A DNA stretch of 40,860 nucleotides, taken from positions 1 through 40,860 of IMG/VR virus record IMGVR_UViG_3300037851_000100. One strand, given 5' to 3'. This DNA is from a virus. Lineage: Duplodnaviria > Caudoviricetes. The first letter of the stretch is position 1, and each line of letters begins with the position of its first letter. A program made the translations under genes and the position numbers. Below are positions 7,825 through 15,129 of this stretch, piece by piece. The notes under the pieces were generated by a model. It was not told the origin of the DNA and made no database searches. It worked only from the letters and a program-made list of their open reading frames with translations.

Positions 7825-7988
7825 CATACCAACTAGGACTGATCTTAGTCTGCTTCGCCTACGTCGCCATATGGCTCATGGCCGAGTGGTGGGCCTCACG
7901 CGACCGGCGATGGATCAGGCGGGTCGATGGCATTGCGCGGGGTAAGGTTCACCAGGCGAGCCTGCATGAACACCGGACAAACGCATGA
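7821..7988 (+). CDS. Small membrane protein (55 aa, not in ORF track)
   Basis: MTYQLGLILVCFAYVAIWLMAEWWASR...; ATGA overlaps both sides. Confidence 0.6.
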   Translation: MTYQLGLILVCFAYVAIWLMAEWWASRDRRWIRRVDGIARGKVHQASLHEHRTNA

Positions 7989-8794
7989 ACGCAGTGGTAC
8001 AAGTACACGGCCGACCGAGCTTGCTCGCAACGATGGCGAGCAAATACGGCATCGACGCTGACAAGATGCTGGTCACGCTGCAAGCAACCGCCTTTCGCGG
8101 GAACGTCAGTACCGAACAGTTAATGGCGCTGTGCCTGGTCGCGAACCAGTACAACCTGAATCCGTGGACAAAGGAAATCTACGCATTTCCAGACCGCAAT
8201 AACGGCATTGTGCCTGTGGTCGGCGTGGACGGCTGGTCGCGGATCATCAACGAACAGCCGCAGTGCGACGGCGTGCAGTTCACCGAAGCCGATGATGGTT
8301 CATGGGTCGAATGCACGATCCACCGCAAGGACCGCAAGTTCCCGACCACGGTGCGCGAATACCTGTCCGAAGTGAAGCGCGACACGGCCCCGTGGAAATC
8401 GCATCCGCGCCGGATGTTGCGTCACAAGGCGCTGATCCAGTGTGCCCGCGTCGTCTTTGGCTTCGCTGGCATCTATGACCCGGACGAGGCGGGCGCGATC
8501 ATCGAAGCCGAACCATCGATGGTCCACAACGCGCGGGACGGTATCGAACTCGCAGAACCCGCCGCAGTGGATGCGCTGGTATCCAGGGTCACGGACATCC
8601 TCGCGCAGGACGTAGAGGAAACCGTACATGCGGACCAAGTGTTCGCCGTGCATCAGGAAATCCACGCCGATGCCCCGGTCTACACGGCCCTCATGGACGC
8701 GCTCAAGGCACGCGGGATCGTCAAGCCCTCCGCGTGGAAGGCGCTCGTCGCTATGGGCTCCAAGGCGTTTCAAGAGCGAGCAGTGATACGATGA
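7985..8794 (+). CDS. bet: Single-strand annealing recombinase Bet (RecT/Red-beta family)
   Basis: VANQYNLNPWTKEIYAFP...IVPVVGVDGWSRIIN...PWKSHPRRMLRHKALIQCARVVFGFAGIYDPDE. Confidence 0.96.
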   Translation: MNAVVQVHGRPSLLATMASKYGIDADKMLVTLQATAFRGNVSTEQLMALCLVANQYNLNPWTKEIYAFPDRNNGIVPVVGVDGWSRIINEQPQCDGVQFTEADDGSWVECTIHRKDRKFPTTVREYLSEVKRDTAPWKSHPRRMLRHKALIQCARVVFGFAGIYDPDEAGAIIEAEPSMVHNARDGIELAEPAAVDALVSRVTDILAQDVEETVHADQVFAVHQEIHADAPVYTALMDALKARGIVKPSAWKALVAMGSKAFQERAVIR

Positions 8795-9102
8795 GAACCC
8801 CGGCTCATTGGCTCCGATCCTGCGAGGCTCAGAAGCTCGCAAACGATACCTTCCAGTTGGAGGGCAGGACGGACAGCGAAATCTTACGCAACTGGCTGGA
8901 CCGGATTTCCCCGGCCGACGCATTGGACCTGTTCGAGTGGGGAGTGGACCCAGAGGGTCCGTTTCGCTATTGCGGTAGCTTCGACGCCCATGATGGGTTT
9001 GACCAGTTACTCGATTCAGGAGAGGTTGAGTTGGTCAAAGAGGCGCTACTCCCGTACATCAAGGAAAACACCCCTGACCCGGACGGGTATGAGGGGGAGT
9101 GA
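8791..9102 (+). CDS. Acidic hypothetical protein
   Basis: ATGA coupled to bet; 23 D/E vs 9 K/R in 103 aa. Confidence 0.7.
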   Translation: MRTPAHWLRSCEAQKLANDTFQLEGRTDSEILRNWLDRISPADALDLFEWGVDPEGPFRYCGSFDAHDGFDQLLDSGEVELVKEALLPYIKENTPDPDGYEGE

Positions 9103-9521
9103 TGGCCGAATTCTATCTCAAGCGCACACTATCCGGCTTCGCGCCAGACGAAGCCGAGTCACAGGCTGCGCTCAAGCGCATCCCGGTCGGCACCACAGTG
9201 CGCTGCGAGATAACCCGCCCACGGTCGGTCCCGCAACTGCGTTACTACTGGCAGTTGTGCGCATTGGTTTCCATCAACCACCAGGAGCTACAGACCCGCG
9301 AGCAGGTGGACCAGGCATTGCGCCTGCTCACGGGCCACGTAGACCTGGTGCGGATTGGCGACAAGACCCTGCAACTGCCGCGCCGTATCGCATTCGCGCA
9401 GTTGAGTCAGGACGAGTGGCAGGCGTATTTGATGCGGGCGAAAGATGCGGTGCTACAGCACTTGCTGCCCGGCGTGAAACTGCCTGCGCTGGAAGACGAG
9501 ATTGCAAGGATGTGCGCATGA
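9099..9521 (+). CDS. DUF1367/NinB-like protein
   Basis: RPRSVPQLRYYWQL...LTGHVD...PRRIAFAQLSQDEWQAY. Confidence 0.8.
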   Translation: MMAEFYLKRTLSGFAPDEAESQAALKRIPVGTTVRCEITRPRSVPQLRYYWQLCALVSINHQELQTREQVDQALRLLTGHVDLVRIGDKTLQLPRRIAFAQLSQDEWQAYLMRAKDAVLQHLLPGVKLPALEDEIARMCA

Positions 9522-9817
9522 CCTTCCGCAGCCCAACATTGCTCAAGGCCGCGCGTGACCAGCCCTGCATCCGCTGCGGCATACAGGACGGGACCGTGGT
9601 CGCGGCGCACTACACCGGGGCTCGCAGGCTGAACTACGGCGGCGGGCTTGGGATCAAGGTTGCTGATTGTCTGTGCGCCCATCTTTGCTCCGGCTGCCAT
9701 GCGTACATGGACACGCTCAGTCGCAACAAGGCCGCAGCTTTTGACCACTCCGAGCAATTCCTGCACCTGATCGCCCTGACGCTCATCCGGCTATTTGAAC
9801 AAGAGGTAGTGAAATGA
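9518..9817 (+). CDS. YbcO/DUF1364-like Zn-binding nuclease
   Basis: RSPTLLKAARDQPCIRC...TVVAAH...GLGIKVAD...AHLCSGCH. Confidence 0.85.
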   Translation: MTFRSPTLLKAARDQPCIRCGIQDGTVVAAHYTGARRLNYGGGLGIKVADCLCAHLCSGCHAYMDTLSRNKAAAFDHSEQFLHLIALTLIRLFEQEVVK

Positions 9818-9987
9818 CTGTCTACGGTCGGCCGCGAAAACTGACCCCGGAGCAGGAAGCGTAGTTACGAGCATGGGCCGCGCTGGGCCGCAGCATGTCG
9901 GCTGAAGCACGCAGATTCGGCGTGAATCGCAGCACACTGGCCGCGTATTTGCGCGGCGAGAGAAAGCCACGGGGGGAGTGTAAATGA
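9814..9987 (+). pseudogene. Resolvase-type HTH gene with in-frame TAG; paralogue of 11195-11368
   Basis: MTVYGRPRKLTPEQEA*LRAWAALGRSMSAEARRFGVNRSTLAAYLRGE; TAG at 9862-9864. Confidence 0.75.
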
Positions 9988-10152
9988 CGGTTCGCATTGA
10001 AACCGGCGATTGCGTGGACGTGCTGCGGTCGCTGCCGGAATGTTTCCGCGTCAATTAATGCGCTACTGATCGAAATTAACCCAGACTATGCGTCAATGGC
10101 ACGCAATCGCATTGTTGACGACGCGCCATTGTTCTCGGACGTGCAAACATGA
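9984..10152 (+). pseudogene. N4C/N6A DNA methyltransferase with entire core deleted
   Basis: MTVRIETGDCVDVLRSLPE (typical N-terminus) joined out of frame to NALLIEINPDYASMARNRIVDDAPLF (typical C-terminus). Confidence 0.8.
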
Positions 10153-10314
10153 CCACAGACCTAACCTGGACCCTGCTGCAACTGGAAATGGACAGCGCGA
10201 CGGGAATGGATTGTTGCCTCGTTCTGAATTGGAGGCAAGCGCGGGGAAGCGACTGATTCGCCGGTCTAGGCCGACTTGGTATGAGGCGGGGAATCCTTAA
10301 CTCAGGAGACACAA

Positions 10315-10617
10315 ATGGATGATCGAATTTCAGTGAATGGCGTGGAGTACGTGCGGGCCGACGCAAAGCCCGCGGGCAATCGCGCTGTCGTGGTCGTGGA
10401 TCGCGGCTGGATCTTCGCGGGCGACGTGCGCCGCGAGAACGGCCGCATCTACCTGTCGCGGGCCGTGTGGGTGTTCAAGTGGGAGTCGGTCGGTTTTGCC
10501 GCCATGATCGCGGCCCCGAAATCGGCAAGGGCCGACCTGCGGCACATCGCGGACGTTGACATGCCAGCAGACGCGGAGATTTTCTGCGTGCCGGTGCACG
10601 AGTCATGGGGACTGTAA
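10315..10617 (+). CDS. Conserved phage hypothetical protein (DUF6948-like)
   Basis: AGGAG RBS; RAVVVVDRGWIFAGDV...LSRAVWVFKW. Confidence 0.75.
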   Translation: MDDRISVNGVEYVRADAKPAGNRAVVVVDRGWIFAGDVRRENGRIYLSRAVWVFKWESVGFAAMIAAPKSARADLRHIADVDMPADAEIFCVPVHESWGL

Positions 10618-10997
10618 CTAAGCAATTGCCGGTCGGTTACGGCCACGGCTACGGCTACGGCGACGGCGACGGCTACGGCTACGGCTACGGCGACGGCGAC
10701 GGCGACGGCTCCGGCTCCGGCGACGGCGACGGCGACGGCTACGGCTCCGGCTCCGGCTACGGCTCCGGCTACGGCTCCGGCTACGGCTACGGCTCCGGCT
10801 ACGGCTACGGCGACGGCGACGGCGACGGCTACGGCTACGGCTACGGCTACGGCTCCGGCTCCGGCTACGGCGACGGCGACGGCTACGGCTACGGTTACGG
10901 CTACGGCTCCGGCTCCGGCTACGGCTACGGCTCCGGCTACGGCTACGGCTACGGCTACGGCACGATTAGCCGCAATGTTCGCAGGAGGCGTCCATGA
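10605..10997 (+). CDS. Gly-(Tyr/Asp/Ser) dipeptide-repeat protein
   Basis: 130 aa, 54 consecutive G-X dipeptides; overlaps both neighbours. Confidence 0.75.
   Translation: MGTVTKQLPVGYGHGYGYGDGDGYGYGYGDGDGDGSGSGDGDGDGYGSGSGYGSGYGSGYGYGSGYGYGDGDGDGYGYGYGYGSGSGYGDGDGYGYGYGYGSGSGYGYGSGYGYGYGYGTISRNVRRRRP
10635..10958. repeat. 54 x 6-bp microsatellite (GGCTAC/GGCGAC/GGCTCC)
   Basis: Read directly from the sequence. Confidence 0.97.
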
Positions 10998-11368
10998 CTG
11001 ACCTGATCGAACGAGTCTTGGATATGGCAATTTGCAGTTGTGGCAATACGGGGGACAACCGAGGTCATTCAACCGACTGTCGCCTCATTCTCGCAAACGC
11101 TGCCGCCGACGCGCTTGAGGCGAAGGACCGGGAGATAGCGCGGCTCCGTGCCGGGCTGCCGGCTGATGCAGTCGGACCGGCTGGAGATCAAGGAATGAGG
11201 CAGATGGTCGGCCGCAAGCCGAAGCTGACGCCGGAGCAGGCGCGGCAGGTGCGGGAGTGGGCGGCGCTGGGTCGCACGCCGTCGCAGGTGGCGCGGCGTT
11301 TTGGGATCGGCGTTACGACGTTGAAAAGCTACATCCGGCGCGAGCACAAGCGCGAGGAGTACGCATGA
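10994..11368 (+). CDS. Hypothetical protein with C-terminal resolvase-type HTH (HTH may start separately at 11195)
   Basis: GRKPKLTPEQARQVREWAALGRTPSQVARRFGIGVTTLKSYI. Confidence 0.75.
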   Translation: MTDLIERVLDMAICSCGNTGDNRGHSTDCRLILANAAADALEAKDREIARLRAGLPADAVGPAGDQGMRQMVGRKPKLTPEQARQVREWAALGRTPSQVARRFGIGVTTLKSYIRREHKREEYA

Positions 11369-11586
11369 GCTACGACCGACTTCTAGCCTGGTTCGACACC
11401 TTCGAGTCCGACGCCTTCACGGTCGCGGTCGTGGGCGCGCTGGTGGACGTGGCCGAGTCGGCCGCGCAGGTGTTCGACGGCCACCAGTCGATTGACGACG
11501 GCCTGAGTCAGGAGGCGCGCGAGGCGATCGAGGCGCTGGAGGATCTCGAGACGGCGCTGTCGGATGCTGAGGAGATTGCGGCATGA
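11365..11586 (+). CDS. Highly acidic small protein
   Basis: GAGGAG RBS; 18 D/E vs 2 R in 73 aa. Confidence 0.75.
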   Translation: MSYDRLLAWFDTFESDAFTVAVVGALVDVAESAAQVFDGHQSIDDGLSQEAREAIEALEDLETALSDAEEIAA

Positions 11587-11708
11587 CGCCGACGTGGCTG
11601 CTGCCCCCCGACCGACCCACGCCGGCTCGCCGAGGAGGCCCGCCAGCGGCGGCTCATTCGCGATCTCGAACTCGCGGCGGATCTCGCTGGGATCAACAGG
11701 AGGCCGAA

Positions 11709-12017
11709 GTGTTCCTGACCGTGGACGACGCCGCGAAGGTGCTGCGCTGCAACGCCGACACGGTGCGGCGCTGGATCGCGGACAAGCGCATCCCGGCGGC
11801 GAAGGTCGGGCGCAAGTGGTTGCTGGACCCGGCGGTGGTGGAAGGAATCGGGAGAGGCGTATGGCCCTCTACAAGCGAAGTCCCGGCGGCGCCTGGTGGG
11901 TCCGCTTCAACTGTGGCGGTCGCCTTGTTCGCAAATCGGCAAACACCCACGACCGCAAGCTCGCGGAGGAGTTTGAAACGGCTCTCCGCGCCCGCTACTG
12001 GCGAGCCGTCAAGCTAG
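11709..12017 (+). CDS. xis: Excisionase (HTH_17/MerR-like)
   Basis: AGGAGG RBS; FLTVDDAAKVLRCNADTVRRWIADKRIPAAKVGRKWLL; overlaps the int start. Confidence 0.85.
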   Translation: MFLTVDDAAKVLRCNADTVRRWIADKRIPAAKVGRKWLLDPAVVEGIGRGVWPSTSEVPAAPGGSASTVAVALFANRQTPTTASSRRSLKRLSAPATGEPSS

Positions 12018-13012
12018 GCGAGACGGTACGGACGTGGAAAGAGGCGACCGACAGGCTGAAGCGCACCGCCGGCTGGCGCGACTCGACGCGCAAGCGCAAC
12101 CTCTACGCGCTCAAGCAGTTCGAGCGGATCAACTCGATCCCGGTGGCCGACGTGACCGCTGACGTGGTGCAGGCTGCGCGGGAGTTCGTGGAGCGCACGC
12201 AGTCGCCCGCGAGCGCGAACCGGATCATGGCCGTGATGCGCCAGGTGCTGAACGCCTGCGTGAAGTGGGGCTGGATCGCGCACGCGCCCCCGGTGCCGAT
12301 GGCGCACGTCGCGGAGCGCGACCCGGCGTGGATCACGCAGGATCAGTTCGCGACGCTGGTGGCCGAGTTGCCGCCGCACCTGCGGGCGCCGGCCGTGTTC
12401 TCGGTCCTGACCGGGCTGCGGATGGCGAACGTGCGCGACCTGACGTGGGATCGAGTGGACTTGGAGCGCGGCCACCTGTGGGTGCCGTCCAGCCACTACA
12501 AAACGAAGCGGGCGCATGGGGTGAGCCTGGGGCCGGAGGCGGTGAGACTGCTCGAGGCCGTGGCGGGGGATCGCGTGCGGGAGGGCCGCGTGTTCCTGTA
12601 CCCCAAGCCGGTAAACAAGTACACGACGCGGTTGGTGCCGATCACCGGGACGTTCAACACGGTGGCGTTCAGGAAGGCGGCGAAGCGGGCGGGATTGGAG
12701 GGCGTGCGCTGGCATGACTTGCGGCACACGTTCGCGAGTTGGCTCGCGTCAGCCGGTGCGAGTGACCGGGTGTTGCAGACGATGGGCGGCTGGACGAGTT
12801 CGAGGATGCCGGCCCGCTACGCCCACCTGCGGCCCGACGACACGCGGCCGTGGGCGTTGACGCTGGACACAAACGCAGGCACAGCGGTCGCGCTGGCCCT
12901 GCCGTCCGCTAGTCAGGAACCGCAGGAAAACAAGGTGGTGCCGGAGGAGGGACTCGAACCCCCGACCCGCGCATTACGAATGCGGCGGACAGGACGAAAA
13001 GCCAAGCAATGA
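11861..13012 (+). CDS. int: Tyrosine integrase
   Basis: Arm-binding N-terminus (MALYKRSPGGAWWVRF); TGLR, YKTK, WHDLRHTFASW, GGW, RYAH catalytic motifs. Confidence 0.96.
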   Translation: MALYKRSPGGAWWVRFNCGGRLVRKSANTHDRKLAEEFETALRARYWRAVKLGETVRTWKEATDRLKRTAGWRDSTRKRNLYALKQFERINSIPVADVTADVVQAAREFVERTQSPASANRIMAVMRQVLNACVKWGWIAHAPPVPMAHVAERDPAWITQDQFATLVAELPPHLRAPAVFSVLTGLRMANVRDLTWDRVDLERGHLWVPSSHYKTKRAHGVSLGPEAVRLLEAVAGDRVREGRVFLYPKPVNKYTTRLVPITGTFNTVAFRKAAKRAGLEGVRWHDLRHTFASWLASAGASDRVLQTMGGWTSSRMPARYAHLRPDDTRPWALTLDTNAGTAVALALPSASQEPQENKVVPEEGLEPPTRALRMRRTGRKAKQ

Positions 13013-13087
13013 CGGGAGATTCGCATGAGTGAATCCGATGCAGACCGCGTTGATTGTACGCGGCCCGCGATACGAACGCAGGCACAG
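12872..13087. other. attP: core 12936-12984 flanked by arm-type direct repeats
   Basis: AACGCAGGCACAG at 12872-12884 and 13075-13087 on either side of the tRNA fragment. Confidence 0.85.
12936..12984 (-). tRNA. 3' fragment of tRNA-Thr(CGT) (attP core, not a complete tRNA)
   Basis: Minus strand CGCATTCGTAATGCG (anticodon arm, CGT), GGGGGTTCGAGTCCCT (T arm), CCTCCGGCACCA; D arm and 5' acceptor strand absent. Confidence 0.9.
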
Positions 13088-13312
13088 GGCGACGACATGA
13101 TCGCCCGGCTGCACCTTATGCATTTGAACTCAAAGCATCTATGCAATGCACCCGACTGCTCTGAGCCGGGATGCGTCGCAGAGCTTGCCGCCGACGAGAT
13201 CGAGCGCCTGCGCCGCGAACTGGCCGAGTGTGAGCGCGCCACGGCGCTCGCGCAGGCCGAGTATGAGCGCGCCGTGGCGCTCGCCTTCTGCCGCGCCTTT
13301 AATCGGAAGTAA
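13025..13312 (+). CDS. Hypothetical protein ending in 11-aa AExERAxALAx repeats (start may be 13098)
   Basis: AADEIERLRRELAECERATALAQAEYERAVALAFCRAF; 5' part overlaps the attP arm. Confidence 0.5.
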   Translation: MSESDADRVDCTRPAIRTQAQGDDMIARLHLMHLNSKHLCNAPDCSEPGCVAELAADEIERLRRELAECERATALAQAEYERAVALAFCRAFNRK

Positions 13313-13435
13313 TTCACCATGAGCAAGAGCATCACCTTACGCAAGCTGGTCACGCTGAAAGCCTGCAAGGACCAGCGCGCCATGGCGCCCGCGCAGGCCG
13401 AGCATGAGCGCGCCACGGCGCTCGCGTGGGCCGAG
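13223..13435 (+). repeat. 33-bp repeat GCCGAGYRTGAGCGCGCCRYGGCGCTCGCSnnn, three full and one partial copy
   Basis: Copies at 13223, 13256, 13397; partial at 13373. Confidence 0.85.
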
Positions 13436-13975
13436 CGAATGTCAGGCGACCCGCTCGCCCGGCTCCTGGACGAATGGAGCGCAGCCCTGCGGGAATTCCT
13501 CGTGCATGAGGGCATCGAAGTGCTGGCGTCCCCCGGCGCGCTGCTCCCCCGGACAGTGAATGCAAGCATTGACGGTGGATTCGTGCAGTACAGGGAGGGC
13601 GAGATTTCCCCTGCGGCCGCGCAGGCAATCAACGCGCTGTCTGAAATCGAATCGACCCGGCTCGCAAGTGGCGATTGGCGGGCGCTCCGCGCATTCAATG
13701 CGGGCACCGCTATTGAGCGCACCCGCGCGACGGCATCCTGGGCGCGGGCGATCCACGCGGGCGTCGCCACAATGCGCGGTGGCCGCAAATGTGCTGCACA
13801 AACGCACGGCCCCGCCGCGGCGCGCGAGGCGCAGCACATCCGCTGGTGCGCGCGCTTTGCGGAACTGCGGCGCAAGTTTCCCGAGGCAGACAAGGATGAC
13901 CTGCTGGACATCATATCGGCCGAGCCAAACGGGAAGAGTGCTCGCACGCTGCGCCGTTACATCAAGGCAAAATAG
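13319..13975 (+). CDS. Probable chimeric ORF; part from ATG 13439 ends in an HTH-like segment
   Basis: N-terminal repeat remnant fused to MSGDPLARLLDEW...DLLDIISAEPNGKSARTLRRYIKAK. Confidence 0.6.
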   Translation: MSKSITLRKLVTLKACKDQRAMAPAQAEHERATALAWAERMSGDPLARLLDEWSAALREFLVHEGIEVLASPGALLPRTVNASIDGGFVQYREGEISPAAAQAINALSEIESTRLASGDWRALRAFNAGTAIERTRATASWARAIHAGVATMRGGRKCAAQTHGPAAAREAQHIRWCARFAELRRKFPEADKDDLLDIISAEPNGKSARTLRRYIKAK

Positions 13976-13982
13976 GTAACGC

Positions 13983-14005
13983 TGGCCAGTGGCTCACACT
14001 GGCCA
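13983..14005. promoter_or_regulatory. Operator-like inverted repeat
   Basis: TGGCCAGTG-N5-CACTGGCCA, perfect 9-bp arms. Confidence 0.6.
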
Positions 14006-14055
14006 CCATCCCGCGCCTAGTGTTCGTCCCCGGCAAACCCGGAGGACCGAACACG

Positions 14056-14325
14056 ATGAAAGCCGAGCGACCCAAGAGCCTGCGCCCCGCGCGCCAAATA
14101 CCAATCTTCGCGCTTTCGATGGACGAAGCCGCGGCTGCTCTCGACGTGAGCAAGCCGATTGCATACGCGCTCGTTGAACGCGGGGTGCTGCGGACGTTTG
14201 TAGTTGGCAGGCGGCGGCTCACAACCCCGCGCGCACTTGCCGAAGCCGTCGAAACCCTAGAGGCCAGCGCGGCGCCGATGCCGGACGAGACCCCGCATAA
14301 CCGGCGCGCGGTAGCGGCGGCCTGA
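14056..14325 (+). CDS. Excisionase/AlpA-like HTH protein
   Basis: GGAGG RBS; ALSMDEAAAALDVSKPIAYALVERGVLRTFVVGRRRL. Confidence 0.85.
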   Translation: MKAERPKSLRPARQIPIFALSMDEAAAALDVSKPIAYALVERGVLRTFVVGRRRLTTPRALAEAVETLEASAAPMPDETPHNRRAVAAA

Positions 14326-14338
14326 CTCTCACCGCTCC

Positions 14339-14420
14339 AAAAGAAATCGCCCCGCAGAGGGCGACTCCGGCGGGGCGAAAACACAGCGAGGCAAGTCGCT
14401 ATGCGAAACACAGAATACCA
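14339..14420 (-). ncRNA. Putative antisense small RNA with its promoter and terminator
   Basis: Extended -10 TGGTATTCT (14420-14412); 9-bp stem TCGCCCCGC/GCGGGGCGA then TTTCTTTT; covers RBS and ATG of ORF 14401. Confidence 0.5.
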
Positions 14421-14844
14421 AAGTCCGGCGCGGCCAGCGAAGCTCAAGCGTGGCCCCGGCCGGCGCCGCTGCGACTGCTGCGGTCGAACGCACAAGCCGC
14501 TATCTGAATCTGTCCGCTACTGCGGCGCGTGCAGCGCGCGGCTGCTGGAGCGACAAAAACGCGATACGCCACGCCGGGAATCTGCTCGCGATCACCGGCG
14601 TCGAGGCGACTTACCCTCACCGAGGAAGGCCGTCATTTCGCGCCGAAGTCCACTGGCGCGAATCGGCGGGAAGGCTGAACAGTGGACCATTCACGCCACC
14701 CGGCCACCCGCTTTCAATTCGCGCCGCCGCCTAAGGGAGAGAACACCCGGCGCGAATCCGCCGGGGTGTGTCTCCCTACTCCCGGTGATTCACGCCACTT
14801 GCACCGGCGCGAATCGGCGCGAATGGCGCAAGTTCGCTTGGTGA
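14401..14844 (+). CDS. Zn-finger-containing ORF, probably a remnant running into iterons
   Basis: GAGG RBS; RRRCDCCGRTH...YCGAC; 3' half is repeat DNA. Confidence 0.4.
   Translation: MRNTEYQSPARPAKLKRGPGRRRCDCCGRTHKPLSESVRYCGACSARLLERQKRDTPRRESARDHRRRGDLPSPRKAVISRRSPLARIGGKAEQWTIHATRPPAFNSRRRLRERTPGANPPGCVSLLPVIHATCTGANRREWRKFAW
14636..14824. repeat. Iteron-like cluster, 8 copies of GGCGYGAAW in both orientations
   Basis: Forward 14655, 14749, 14806, 14816; reverse 14636, 14689, 14717, 14788. Confidence 0.8.
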
Positions 14845-15030
14845 GTCTTGGTACACCCCCGCAGAAAACGGACCGACCTGCGCAGGCGTGCATGCCGCCG
14901 TCGCCGCTATCTCGTCACGCTGGAGCCGGCCACGGCTGAGGCCGCGCGGCAGATCGGGGGCGGCAATCTCTCGGGCGGTATCACGACCGCCATCCTCAGT
15001 GCCTCGCGCCGCAGCCGGAGCACGCGCGTC

Positions 15031-15125
15031 TTGAATGTTGCTTGGGGAAAGGTAAGACTTTCACTGTTCCTGCTCCTGGGAACCGGTCGGGTGCTTTGGT
15101 CGGCGGCCCGGCCGTTTCCTTTTCT
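15031..15125 (+). ncRNA. Second putative antisense small RNA unit
   Basis: TTGAAT at 15031 with weak -10; stem GGAACCGGTCGGG/CCCGGCCGTTTCC then TTTTCT; complementary to RBS/GTG of minus-strand mini-ORF 14996-15064. Confidence 0.45.
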
Positions 15126-15129
15126 GGGG

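Noticed and set aside
9862-9864. Genome-wide TAG recoding
   Set aside because: Isolated case; TAG ends other genes (13975, 30335) and core genes have no internal TAG
10635-10958. CRISPR array or antisense poly-(Ala-Val) protein 10449-11072
   Set aside because: No unique spacers, only hexamers; the minus-strand ORF is the shadow of the GY repeat in a plus-strand operon
11564-11860. N-terminal 99-aa extension of integrase
   Set aside because: Overlaps xis; the recognisable integrase starts at ATG 11861 after a GAGG RBS
12936-12984. Functional phage tRNA gene
   Set aside because: Only anticodon arm to CCA is present; role as attP core explains it
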